Shown piece after piece: positions 1 through 11,430 of a DNA stretch of 64,000 nucleotides; within the stretch, counting starts at the first letter, position 1; each line of letters starts with the position of its first letter. The translations under genes were made by a program, and so were the position numbers. The stretch is taken from contig OX597817.1 of the NCBI GenBank assembly GCA_951406725.2, positions 75,888,001 to 75,952,000 on the forward strand, in the 5' to 3' direction. This stretch comes from Octopus vulgaris (taxonomy: Eukaryota). Under the pieces are notes generated by a model that searched no databases, was not told the origin of the DNA, and was given only the letters and a program-made list of their open reading frames with translations.

Positions 1-116
1 GAAAGAATGAAACGTAAAATCGACCTCGGCGGCATTGAACTCAGAACATAAAATTAAAGTACTTGCCGCTAAGCATTTTGTCTAGTGTGCTAACGATTCT
101 GCTAGCTCGCCGCTTT
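1..116 (-). mobile_element. tRNA-derived SINE family A, 5' part (runs off window edge)
   Basis: Reverse complement matches the head (GCGGCGAGCTAGCAGAATCGTTAGC...GAGTTCAA) and GGTCGA-TTT-TTTCAT body of the other family A copies. Confidence 0.8.
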
Positions 117-206
117 AGCAAAAACAGTAATAACAAGAATAAGATGAAGACTTAGAAGAACAGTAGAAACATAAACTCCTTAACACCACTGATATAATAT
201 AAAATA

Positions 207-1414
207 TTAGGTTGTCAAGAAAGTTCTTGCGGTTTTTAACCTTTAAATTCAGATGCACACACATCGGCTCATACAAAACTTTATCAATCGAAATAAACAT
301 CAGAATCAAAGCACTTTTGCCAACGCGAAACAAGTGTATTTATGCCAGTAGCGTAAAAATCCCGCGTTCTGTTGGCGATGAAGTCGTTGAAGGCGTGTTT
401 GGCATCGTCTTCGTTTTTGAAGTATTTCTCACGCAGGAAGTTGTCGAGATGCTTGAAAAAGTGGTTGTCGGTAGGCGAGAGGTCTGGCGAGTATGGCAGA
501 TGAAACAGAGTTTCGTAGCCCAATTCGTTCAACTTCTGCTGGGTCAGTTATGCGATGTGCGGCCGAGCGTTGTCGTAGAGAAGAATTGGTCCTTTTCTAT
601 TGACCAATGCTGGGTGTTGTCGGAGTTTCTTATGTATCTGATCCATTTGATGACAGTACTTTTCCGCCGTAATGGTTTCGCCTGGATCCAAAAAGCTGTA
701 ACAGATGAGACCGGCCGCAGACCACCAAACAGTCACCATGATCTTCTTTTGGTGCAACTTTGGCTTCGGGAAGTGCCGTGGAGCGTCCAACCACTGAGTT
801 GAGCGTCGCCGGTTGTCGTAAAGAATCCACTTTTCATCGCAAGTCATAATACGGTCGAGAAACGGGTCGTTCTTGTTGTGTAAAAGAAGGGAAGACGACA
901 CTTCAAAACGGCGTTTTCTTTTTGGTTGTCGTTCAATTCGTTCGGCACCCATTTCCCAAGTATTTTTGTTTTTCCAATTTCTTTCAAGTGGTTGGAAATT
1001 GTTGTATACGTTACGTCTAATCTAAAAGCAAGCTCTCGAACAGTGGTGCATGGATTGGCTTCGACTAACTACGCTTATCATCTTCAAGACTCTCGTCACC
1101 GCTACGAAATTTCTTGAATCGCCATTGCGCTATACGTTCATTGGTGGTTGCTATGCCAAAAGCATCGTTGATATCGCCAGCTTTTTCAGCAGCTTTTCGG
1201 CCTAGCTTGAACTGGAATAAGAAAATTGTGCGAATTTGCTTTTTGTCCATGTTGTATTCAACGTTCCAGAAAAAAATGGCCTAATTATTCAAAAAGAAAA
1301 AGAGTAACACGATTAGATAGAGCGATAAACGGGCTATATAAAGTCAAAGTAATATAACGAAAATTAATTTAAAAGCAAAATTAAAATTCCGCAAGAACTT
1401 TCTTGACAAACTAA
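207..1414 (-). mobile_element. Full-length degenerate mariner (Hsmar1/cecropia-like)
   Basis: 26-bp TIRs TTAGGTTGTCAAGAAAGTTCTTGCGG (207-232 and 1389-1414, 1 mismatch), TA on both sides, transposase pieces inside. Confidence 0.93.
284..1250 (-). pseudogene. Mariner DD34D transposase, frameshifted into three ORFs
   Basis: MDKKQIRTIFLFQFKLG...WRFKKFRSGDESLED (HTH), [24 protein letters not shown] motifs in ORFs 1065-1250, 548-952 and 284-532. Confidence 0.92.
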
Positions 1415-1439
1415 TAACAAAATAAAAAGAAAAGGGACG

Positions 1440-2820
1440 TCTAGCCTACAAAAAACTCTCAAAATCTTTCCAGTTTGAACTTTCATAAGGCAAACTGGAA
1501 GCAAATTGAGAAAGAGATCCTCAAACAAAACTGGCCTAAATGTCTCTCCTCGCTGCACATCGATATGAAACTTCAACAATTCATGTCTGTAATGCAAGCC
1601 ATATCCCAAAAATGTGTCCCGGAGAGAAAGGCCACTGAACATAAGGAGAGGAAAGCTCTTATGTGACGGCGTAGAAAAATTTCAAATCACCTAAACAAAT
1701 CCACTTGAAAATACAACTGCTGGAGACTGAAAAGGATTTGCAACTCTCCCATGAAAACGAAAGAGCAGACAAAGAAGCATGGGCTATAGACAATATAAAA
1801 TCTTATCCCAGAGCCTAGTACAAGTTTGCCAAAGAAAAGCCTAAGTGCACTGCAAGGTAGTGCCACTCCTCGGGGAAGATGGTTCACTCACAGGAAACCC
1901 AATGACCATTTCAAAAGTGTTTTCATTCCACTCCCAGGACACTTGCAAGTCTAGCTGACTTTTTCGCCACTGCGGATATAAAAACAGAGGCAGTGATGAT
2001 TGATTACATCAATGTAAAAGAAGATGATGTAATAAGGGCTATAGATGAGATGAACACGAACTCAGCTACTGGCCCTGATAGATTCCCAACATTCCTAAGA
2101 TCATGCAAACGAGTCCTAGCAAGACCATTGCAGTCTCTCTTCCAGTGCTTCCTTGCAACTGGCAAAATTCCGAGCAAGCTGAAGGAAGGGAAAATACGTC
2201 CCATCCATAAAGGAGGTAGCAGAGCAGAGGCCAAAAACTACAGACCTATCTATTTGACCTCGCACATCAGCAAAGTCGTGGAACGAATAGTCAGAAGAAA
2301 ACTAATCATATTCCTTAAGGAAAATGACTTGTTGTCTGACACCCAACATGGTTTCTGACCAGGAAGAAGCTGTCTGACTCTTACAACACTATGACTCTGT
2401 TGAAACAAATGCTCAACCACTCAAATGTGGATATGATATATCTCGACTTTACAAAGGCTTTCGATGAGGTCGATAAGCTGCGTGATTTCGGCAGAGTCGG
2501 GAAATTGGGAGAATGGCTGCTTGGCTTTATGAAAGATAGAAGTCAAGCAGTAGAAACCAATGGGGCCACCTCCAATGACACGCAAATAATGAGTGGTGTT
2601 CCGCAATGCACTGTTCTGGGACCACTATTTTTCATAATGGCCCTCTCAGATATGCCCTCAGTCACACAGAGAGCATCGATCACAAGTTATGCAGATAATA
2701 CAAAAGTTTCACGGGTGATACAGAACCCTGAAGACGCTATGCACCTGCAAAATGAGTTAGATGAAATATACAAGTGGGCTAAGAAGAATAGCATGCAGTT
2801 TAATGCTGAAAAGTTTTAAG
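1440..2820 (+). mobile_element. CR1-group LINE ORF2 fragment (post-endonuclease linker plus RT), truncated and disrupted
   Basis: NFHKANW, ATGPD, KNYRPI, QHGF, YLDFTKAFD, SGVPQ-TVLGPL, YADN (YADD-like), MQFNAEK motifs. Confidence 0.9.
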
Positions 2821-2936
2821 CCTTATGCAATACTACACGTAATACTACAGTTCTGTATTTAAGAGATGAGGAATAATGTACATTATTAAACATTATTTAC
2901 ATTTGACAGATATTTGTCCTTATCTTGTTTGTTGTT

Positions 2937-2982
2937 AACACAACGTTTCAGCTGATATACCCTCCAGCCTTCATTAGGTGTC
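2937..2982 (-). ncRNA. Minimal type I hammerhead ribozyme motif, decayed (G5A)
   Basis: GACAC-CTAATGA-A-GGCTG(10 nt)CAGCT-GAAAC-GTT-GTGTT; stems I and II pair, palindromic ACGT stem III. Confidence 0.7.
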
Positions 2983-3032
2983 TTGGGGAAATTTCGAACC
3001 TGGGTTCTCATTCCTAAGGTATTTTTCGATAT

Positions 3033-3046
3033 GGTTGTTGTTGTTG

Positions 3047-3140
<94 letters not shown>

Positions 3141-3171
3141 CATTATTATTATTACTATTATTATTATTATT
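3033..3171. repeat. (GTT)n then (ATT)n microsatellite
   Basis: Direct reading. Confidence 0.97.
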
Positions 3172-3404
3172 GAATATAAAATTGTTTATCTAGATACATA
3201 AGTACATACATGAATGCACGCGTACCTGTATAAGTAAATATGTCCATCGATCCCTACGTACGTACATACGTACATACGTACATACTCAAAGAATACAATT
3301 TCAGCTTCGGTTTCATTTTCTGGTCAATTAGCAAATATTTTGTCTATTGAACTCTCTAGATTGGAACCGTTGTTAATGTTTATCTTCAGTGATCCGGGTT
3401 GTGC

Positions 3405-3451
3405 CTCTGACTGAGGAAGCAAAATCATGCTGAAACGCCGGTATATCAGAG
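3405..3451 (+). ncRNA. Minimal type I hammerhead ribozyme motif
   Basis: CTCTGA-CTGAGGA-AGCA(AAATCA)TGCT-GAAAC-GCCG-GTA-ta-TCAGAG; canonical core, 4-bp stem II, stem I with a 2-nt bulge next to the cleavage site. Confidence 0.65.
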
Positions 3452-3576
3452 TCCGTTACATGATCCCAAGGGTGTGAATGTTGTCAACACATATGGAGTT
3501 GTTCTTCGGAGATGAAATCAGTCTGCCGGAACATGTCAATTATGAATATAAACATCATTGTTTTGATTTCCGCTGC

Positions 3577-3578
<2 letters not shown>

Positions 3579-3645
<67 letters not shown>

Positions 3646-3660
3646 ACACACACACTCCCC

Positions 3661-3690
<30 letters not shown>
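3579..3690. repeat. (CA)n and (TA)n microsatellites
   Basis: Direct reading. Confidence 0.97.
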
Positions 3691-3691
<1 letters not shown>

Positions 3692-3922
3692 ATTCAGGTT
3701 TATATAGTTCACTAAGTTTTTAAATAGAAGGTCACGTATATTTTATCTTACAATGAAGAGGCAGGAGCCTAAACACGTATAGCGAATTGATGAGATCAAG
3801 GTATTGGTTTTGAGCGTCAGATAATTTATCTCCTGCATTGAAAATTTTCATCAACTCTGTTAAAATGTGTATCTGTTGAGCGATCAAATGAACGTTTCTA
3901 CGACGAAAATAACATATTGTTT

Positions 3923-4080
3923 TTAAACTGTTAACAAATTGTGCCTTTCTTCAGCAAGCCTTTCAGAGCGATCTATCATACACAACCTGTATACATATGT
4001 AACAGACAGCACAGGTACAGATCCAGTAGCAGACATATATCTACTTATTGCATGCCTTATATAAAGTGATCTTTGTACGT
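3923..4080 (-). mobile_element. Possible very old hAT transposase C-terminal (dimerisation domain) remnant
   Basis: RYMSATGSVP...DRSERLAEE loosely resembles hAT RYLSxPATSVPSER...RSRL; weak. Confidence 0.25.
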
Positions 4081-4639
4081 TTATGTTAAAAATACAAAGC
4101 AAGTTAAACAAACACGGAAACACGATTAAAAACGTTGGTGGACAATCACAAAACCGTGCTACTGTATTACTTTTATCTTCCAGTGATCGATTTGCAAAAC
4201 AATTTGCAAGACCTTAATTTTGTCGTAGATGATAAACCTTATTCAGATTCCGTTCCGATGATATTCAAGTTAAGTCAGTAATATTTTATATTCTGACAAA
4301 TATCTTTCTATATACAAACTGTCTTCGCAAATGCTATGTAAACTCCCCAGCGCGTACTTCAATAAATCTTTTCTGTAGTTAAATCCCTGTCCTGTCATTC
4401 ATTGAATATTCTCTCCCACTCAGCAGCCAGTATTTGATAAATTGTCAACAGCGTTATATCATACGAAATCTCTTATACTTACACAAACTGACATGGGTTA
4501 CTAAAGGTAAGAGAAAGGCCATGACCAGTGGTTTTGCAAGTTTGTTTTACTGAAATGTTGTTGCTAAACTAATATAAGTCGTCATCCAAAGCAAATTCGC
4601 TACCGACGTCGCAACCAATACTTTGATCTGTGGTTACCC

Positions 4640-4715
4640 AGCAGCCGCAGCAGCAGCCTTAGTAATACCGCCGCCGCCACCGATGGCCACGACAACGATG
4701 ACCACCACCACCACC

Positions 4716-4747
<32 letters not shown>

Positions 4748-4757
4748 CACCACCACC

Positions 4758-4789
<32 letters not shown>

Positions 4790-4805
4790 CAACAGCCGCA
4801 ATAAC
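4640..4805. repeat. Compound trinucleotide repeat (CAG/GCC/ACC/AAC)
   Basis: Direct reading. Confidence 0.9.
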
Positions 4806-4870
4806 AAGAAATCACCAGCAGATTATCACGACAAACAAAATTCCACTTAAATTATATATTAAATGCAGAT

Positions 4871-5088
4871 AAGGCGGCGAGCTGTCAGAACCGTTAGTAC
4901 GCCGGGTGAAATGCGTAGCCGTATTTCGTCTGCCGTTACGTTCTGAGTTCAAATTCCGCCGAGGTCGACTTTGCCTTTCATCCTTTCGGGGTCGATAAAT
5001 TAAGTACCAGTTACGTACTGGGGTCGATGTAATCGACTTAATCCGTTTGTCTCTATATGTTTAGCCCCTTGTGGGTAATAAAGAAACA
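4871..5088 (+). mobile_element. tRNA-derived SINE family A monomer, tail type A
   Basis: Head AAGGCGGCGAGCTG...GAGTTCAAATTCC (B-box-like), body GGTCGACTTTGCCTTTCATCCTTTCGGGGTCGAT, tail GCCCCTTGTGGG...AAAGAAA; imperfect TSD ATATTAAA..CAG. Confidence 0.9.
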
Positions 5089-5627
5089 CATATTAAAGAC
5101 AGTTGTGACAGCAACAATAACCAACAACAAAAGCATTCTTAACGGAAACCACCGCTTGTAACAAAATTAATAAAGTCATTACAATTACTATCCCCTTTGT
5201 CAATGCCGTATCCCATCTTCGTCTTCTTCCCCTCGCTGCCTCCTCTTCCTTCTTCTTCCACTCCTTCATGTCATCATCGCAATCCTCAACAAGAACTTTC
5301 TTCCCAACACCATCTATCACCATCATTTTCCACTTGTCAAATTTTCATTTAAACATCAAATAAAATTTATGTTATTCTAGGAACATCATAAGTATTTTTA
5401 ACAATTGGAGAAACAAAACAAATTTGTTTTGTTTGTTTCAATATAGTTTGACAGAATTCTTCAAATTCCATTTGCTAATATATTGTAACTTGAATTTTTT
5501 TCAATGTAGTTGACTACAGTAATGGAAAACTATATTACACCGTGTTAAAAGGTTGAATAATTCTATCGTTCTACCTGTTATGTTTGTAAATGATTTTTTT
5601 CGTGTTGTAAGTCAATGTTATGTTTTA

Positions 5628-5628
<1 letters not shown>

Positions 5629-5689
<61 letters not shown>

Positions 5690-5736
5690 ACACCACCAAA
5701 CGTTTGGTGCTTATAATTATCAAGTACTCACCCCGA

Positions 5737-5787
<51 letters not shown>

Positions 5788-6005
5788 AAAGTTGGTTTGT
5801 GAAAGCACGTGGGTGAATATATAGAAAAAAGTAAAGAGTGAAAAACTACAGAAGGCTTAAATGTTAAAAAATATATATATTTGCCTCAATATGTCTGAAG
5901 AATATTAGAAAATTAAAAAAAAATTTTTTTTTTCTCTTATAATGACATAATTTAAAAGAAAGACCGGTTTCGCGTGTAGCTTTTCAAATTTCTTGTGACG
6001 TTATC

Positions 6006-6050
<45 letters not shown>
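5629..6050. repeat. (TA)n tracts interrupted by short AT-rich inserts, then (GA)n
   Basis: Direct reading; inserts at about 5687-5741 and 5785-6005. Confidence 0.9.
5956..5994 (-). ncRNA. Minimal hammerhead-like motif, U3-A8 core variant
   Basis: AAGAAA-t-TTGAAAA-GC(TACAC)GC-GAAAC-CG-GTC-TTTCTT; palindromic ACCGGT stem III, 6-bp stem I. Confidence 0.5.
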
Positions 6051-6051
<1 letters not shown>

Positions 6052-6887
6052 TGAGAGGTTATATACTGCTGTGTTTATCCTATGTATTCTAACGTCCTTA
6101 CTACATGTTATATCCTAAAATGTTTGAATGTTATAGTATATCGTGAGTAGATCGTATAATTCATCGTATGTAATGTATGTAGTATAGCATTTGATATCTT
6201 TAATTTGAACCTAAAACGTTGGTTTCTCAGTTTGAACTAGAGCTGTTTGTTTTCCAGGACTGTTTATTTTCAGAATCAAAAACAGAATCTTTCGGATTGA
6301 GTAATGACGTGAGCAAAATAACGGACAATGAAATTATATTTGAACATGTCATAGGTATTCGAGTGATGATAGAACTCATATCTGCCCAATAAAATAATTA
6401 TCTGGAGCTCAATAAAAAGAGATCAAGTCTGAAGAGAAAATTGACAGCCTGACAGTCAAAGACTCTAAAAGTCAGGAGCTGGGTAACACGAGCAGTGGTA
6501 CTCAACGGACGGCAAAGTCTTGCCTATTGCAGAATATCCTCAGTTACTGTCAAAATGCTGAGAAAAGCAAAAGGATCGTCCCCTAACACTAGCACACTCA
6601 CCGCTTTCGCAATCATACTTTTGCTTCTCTCTTAACACACATTCTTCTATTTTGAACCGAATACTTCAACACCAGATTGCTTTCTTTTTGCAGAATCATT
6701 CTACATAAAATTTTATGTTCTACATAAACGTTTTTCAATAACACAGATTAAAAGCGATTTTTCTTCTCGTATATCCCACATCTTACACATTTTAACGTTA
6801 AAAATCTATTCTCTGTCATTATTGAACCTAGGACCAACCATGATGAAGCATTCTATGATCCAAAACATCTGACAATATCTCCCTATA

Positions 6888-8162
6888 TAGGGTGAGGTAT
6901 AAAAATCTCTCGCATTGTGAATGAATATAAAAAGAGAATGCAACAATCCAGGAGAAAATTTATTTACTGAAATGTGCATATAAAACAATTTATTGTACTG
7001 CATTTTAAAAACTATATTAAGCAAATGGCAGCCGTTGTTGGCAATACATTGATGCAGTCATTCCTGGAAGTTGTCAATGACTCTGCGTGTCATCACAGGT
7101 GGTATTGCATTTATTTCCTCACGAATCCTTTCTTTCAAATCGTCAAGAGTTCGAGGACGATGTCGTAAAATGTTTTCCTTTAGGTATCCCCAAAGGAAAA
7201 AAGTTACAAGGGTTAAATCTGGTGACCTTGCCACCTACCCACTCACGTTACCCCTCTAAGAATTCAAATGCCCAGGAAACATTTCTGTCGACACTCCAAA
7301 CAAACGTCGTGCTGTGTGAGCCCTGGCTCCGTCCTGACTAAACCATAGATGTTTGGTATTCAACCTGTCCAATTAAGGGCGCATAAAGTTCTCCAGCATT
7401 TCAGTGTACCGGTCAGAAGTAACCGTTAATGTATCATCAGCTTCTTCGAAAAAGTACGGGCCGACGACTCCAAAATCGGCAATTGCACATCAAACAGTTA
7501 AACGAGCCATCTTTTCGTGGAGCTCATGAGGATTATGTTCAGCCCATTAGCGAAACTTCTGCTTATTTACGTTTCCATGGATATGAAAGTGAGTCCCATC
7601 GGTACTCAGAAGAACAGTTGCAGCGGCAACTTGTACAAGAATATCCACACATAGAACTTTACAATAGTTATGATCTGTCTCCGTTAATTCTTCAACTAAC
7701 ATTATTTTGTAAGGCTGCAGTTTCAAATCAGCATGCAGAATCCTCCTCAAACTTCGGATAGACATTCCTAATGCTGACGCTGATGCCGGGTTTTCTGGAC
7801 TGCTAGGAGATTTTCTTTTCAATGTGGATTCAGTTGCATGAAGGTTAGAAATCCCAAGCAAAATCGTTTTTCGGTGTGGTACAGATGCATTTCGACCGAG
7901 CGCAAAGTGTCTACGGAGCGCTCGCCGCGTCGCTATTACAGATCGGTCGTTTTCATAATACGCTTGAACAACAAAGCCACGCTGTTCTCCGGTCCAATTC
8001 ATGATGGGTTCTAAAACAGAAAGAAGATCTTTGAATAATTAATAATGAATACAAAAATGGTAGATCTTAGCTTTCCAAATGAAGCCTGTCACGTTTCACT
8101 ACTTCTACTTAAGTCTACACGGTGCCTCCTCCAAATGTGAGAGATCTTTATATCCCGCTCTG
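6888..8162 (-). mobile_element. Degenerate full-length Tc1/mariner-superfamily element, probably DD41D (rosa-like)
   Basis: Imperfect ~28-bp TIRs with TA flanks; N-terminal MNWTGEQRGFVVQAYYEN (DUF4817-like HTH); remnants of QDGA and ARSPDL-PC-FFLWGYLK. D-D spacing is inferred from the family pattern because this copy is frameshifted. Confidence 0.82.
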
Positions 8163-8522
8163 TACTTATGTGCAAAAAGCCCAAACTACATTAGACTACA
8201 GATCCAAGTCATCATTGAAACTGTAAAAATCTGTAAAACTTTATAGAAATTTATCATTTAAGTATATGTGATCATGTCTAGACACGAAACTATATGTATG
8301 AGAATACATACATAAACCAGAACAAACAACACTTGTATATTAGAGTATCTCATATTTTTAAAATACCAGTCTTAGTTTTTAGCATGTCTAAATTTATCAA
8401 TGTGTAGTGAGTCTAAAAGTTTTTATGGCAATATCATTTAAAAATTGTAAATTCTGTGTTATTTTCAACAAGGTTTATTAAATTTGACGTAACTCCATAC
8501 TACTAAAATGAATAATGCAGCA

Positions 8523-8606
8523 GTCAGGATGTCCGAGCGTTCTAAGGTGCTACGTTGAGGTCGCAGTAGGGTCTTACCAGTGTGGATTCGAATCTTACTC
8601 CTGACA
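8523..8606 (+). pseudogene. tRNA-Leu (CAG-derived) pseudogene; anticodon now reads GAG
   Basis: GTCAGGATGTCCGAGCGTTCTAAGG...TTGAGGT...TTCGAAT...TCCTGACA aligns with metazoan tRNA-Leu(CAG); perfect 7-bp acceptor stem, mismatches in D, anticodon and T stems; T-run about 14 bp downstream. Confidence 0.85.
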
Positions 8607-8635
8607 ATACGTTAAAGGATTTTTTTTCCTTCTAT

Positions 8636-8791
8636 AGGCGCAGGCGTGGTTGTGTAGTAAGAAGCATGCTTACCAACATGTCTCGGAGTTCAGTTCCACT
8701 GCGTTACATCTTGGGCAAGTGTCTTCTATAACCGCGGGCCGATCAAAGCCTTGTGAGTGGATTTGGTAGACGGAAACTGAAAAGCCCATCG

Positions 8792-8828
<37 letters not shown>

Positions 8829-8830
8829 GA
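8636..8830 (+). mobile_element. tRNA-derived SINE family B, 5' half ending in its internal (TA)n
   Basis: GGCGCAGG-GTGG-TGTG-GTAAG head, CTTGGGCAAGTG (CORE-like motif), GTGAGTGGATTTGGTAGACGGAAACTGAA. Confidence 0.88.
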
Positions 8831-9652
8831 GCAAAACGCCCCCCCGTCCAATGGACGGTGCTGAGTTGTCAAACATTTAAACCAAATTTTCTCAATACAA
8901 CTTGTCCGACCGTACAATAGGCTTCCCTGGTCGCCGGGAGCTGCACAAAGCCGGATTTCACGGGAGGGCTACAATCAGAAAACCACTACTTTCAAAAACA
9001 AACGTTGCAAAGCGTTTAGAGTGGAGTAAAAACCTACAGAATTGGTCCCTAGAACAGTGGAAGAATGTTATTTTCTCGGACGCGTCTTCCTTTACCTTAT
9101 TTCCGACCACCGACCCAGTATACGTGTGGAGACAGCCAAAAGAAGCATTTGATCCAGACTGCTCTCTTCCAACTGTTAGACATGGAGGAGGATCTGTGAT
9201 GATCTTGGGTGCCATATTTTGGAAATCCGCCGGCCCAATGTTTTCCCTTCATGGCTGAATTAATAGTCAAGATTACTTCGGCATTTTATCTGGTCAAATT
9301 CATCCTATGGTTGCGGAAATGTTTCCGGAGGGAAACGCAATCTTTCAGGATGGTAATGCACCATTTCACACAGCTAAAATTGTTACTGAATGGCACGAAG
9401 AACATTCTAGTGAAGTTGAACATCTTATCTGACCACCACAGTCCCCAAATCTCAATGTTATTGAACATTTATGGTGCATTTTAGAAAAAGGAGTCGATAT
9501 CCTCCACCATAATCACTGCAAGAACCGGAGACTGTTTTAGCTGAAGAATAGACAAATATTCCTTTGGAAACAATTCAAAGGCGGTCCTACCCCATATTGA
9601 AATAAATTTGTTTGAAATTTTAAGATGTTTCCATTATTTTGTCCAACCCCTC
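8830..9652 (+). mobile_element. 5'-truncated Tc1 (DD34E) element
   Basis: KPLLS...WKNVIFSD, TVRHGGGSVM, FQDGNAP, PQSPNLNVIEHLW; 3' TIR-like end ATTATTTTGTCCAACCCCTC followed by TA. Confidence 0.88.
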
Positions 9653-9709
9653 TATATATATATATAGAACAAAAAGTAGCCTTCAATCAAAAATCTTCTA
9701 AATTTTTAT

Positions 9710-9788
<79 letters not shown>

Positions 9789-10319
9789 ATTTAGTTGTTA
9801 AAAGCATTTTCAGATAAGGTTATAAAGGATCTGTGTATTATGGGATGTTGAAAAAACTTTTACATACATGAGTAAATTAATATTAATTCAAATTAATGTT
9901 AGGAAACCCTTAAAATACAATATTCATTTTAATTGGATAAGGCCAAAAAAATATACATAAGAACAAAATATTATATGATAGATTTTAGAAATTTTATATA
10001 AAGGTATTTATCTAAACGTTGATAGGCAAAAATGAAATATTAATGAAAGTAATTATTATGAAAAAATATATCCATTATAAACTAATCAGTTATAAAATAA
10101 ATAACTGCTCAATTATCCTCGAAGCATTATCAGGAATATCTATTACATCGGTTAATTGCAAGGACCGATTATATGAGTTAATGTAGACATATTCAAAGAA
10201 TACGCCCCATATTATAATAATGTTTCGAACGATAGTGGATTTAATTATAAATTAGTTTACATACATGCATGCATTCATACATACATTCATTCACACATAA
10301 TACATACATAGATACATAC

Positions 10320-11430
10320 ATCTTGGGCCACCATCTTGAATTTAAACAAAGTGACTGTATTGTCACTGATAGCATACATAATCGCAAAGGCATATTCCAA
10401 GGGGACAACCTCTCTGTGATGTTGTTTATACTTTCTGTAAACTCCTTTGTCGTTCTTGTAAAGGAAATCTGAAGGATATCTCACTGGTTCACAAGGAAAC
10501 AGAAATACCACGATTACAGACTGTTACTTTGTGGATAACTTGAAACTTTATGCTAAGAATATGCACGTGATGAAAAAGAGCCTTGACTTAGTTGCAACAT
10601 TCCCAAAGAGATATAGGTTGGAGTTTGGTGAGGATAAATGATGTTATATGGTTGTGAATAGGGGGGAAAACTAAGCCAGACTAGCAACGTCTCCATCAAT
10701 GACTTGAGAAGAAATCTTACAAATATCCAGGGGTGGATGAAAACATTTTACAATGGCACATGTAATAAATCTCGTGCGACTAAAGAATCTTGCCACCGAA
10801 TAAAGAAAATTTGGACCTCAGAACTCTCTGCATTCAATAAAACAATAATCCACAAAGTATTTGAAGTGTTTTAACAATATTAGGGCTCCTTGATTGGGCG
10901 CTTGATGAGATCCGAGCCATTGATATGACAACCCGAAAAATACTACCAAGCACACATAATTTCCACATAAACAGTGACGTAAACCGCTTCTACCTAAAAC
11001 GAAAACAAGGTGGCTTTACATCGATCCAAAATGCCTTTGAATGTCGTAGCATATTCCTTCGGCAATATCTTTTAACCATTAAATGTCGAAGTGCATCCCT
11101 TGACCAAGTTTGCGTATATGAGTATGATAACATCATAAGACTTGGAAGGCAGCTCCTTGAGCAATATTCCTTGTCTGATAACCTTAAATACATGTCCAAA
11201 GAATTCGCACGACTCTACTGCAACATATATGAAAGGATGAGCATATATGAGCAAAATACTATGCATGGATATGTTAATAGAAAGCTCCGAGATGAGAGTA
11301 ACATTGATCGTCAAAGCAGTCCATCATGAACCAATGACCGGATAACTGACTCCCACTTTGAAGACTATGCATCTGCAATCCAGGACCAGGCAATATCAAC
11401 CAAGTACTTGATGCTCAAAAGGGAAACCTT
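10320..11430 (+). mobile_element. R4/Dong-like non-LTR retrotransposon RT and C-terminal fragment
   Basis: GIFQGDNLS..LF, FVDNLKLY, YKYPG, RFYLKRKQGG, MHG, AIQDQAISTKY motifs; many stops and frameshifts. Confidence 0.8.

Larger units (their letters stand above)
2845..3171 (-). mobile_element. Short repeat with an (AAT)n tract followed by a hammerhead-bearing segment (Penelope pLTR-like or SINE-like)
   Basis: On the minus strand: (AAT)n, then ...GGTTCGAAATTTCCCCAAGACAC, a hammerhead-like core and an AT-rich tail. Confidence 0.55.

Noticed and set aside
212-802. 196-aa plus-strand ORF
   Set aside because: Antisense shadow of the mariner transposase; no independent protein motif.
4600-4850. 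Poly-A/P/T/N ORF resembling a transcription-factor low-complexity exon
   Set aside because: Compound triplet repeat with no flanking domain or clear splice context.
6270-6600. Possible host exon after TTTTTCAG
   Set aside because: Reading frames close quickly and no recognisable protein similarity.
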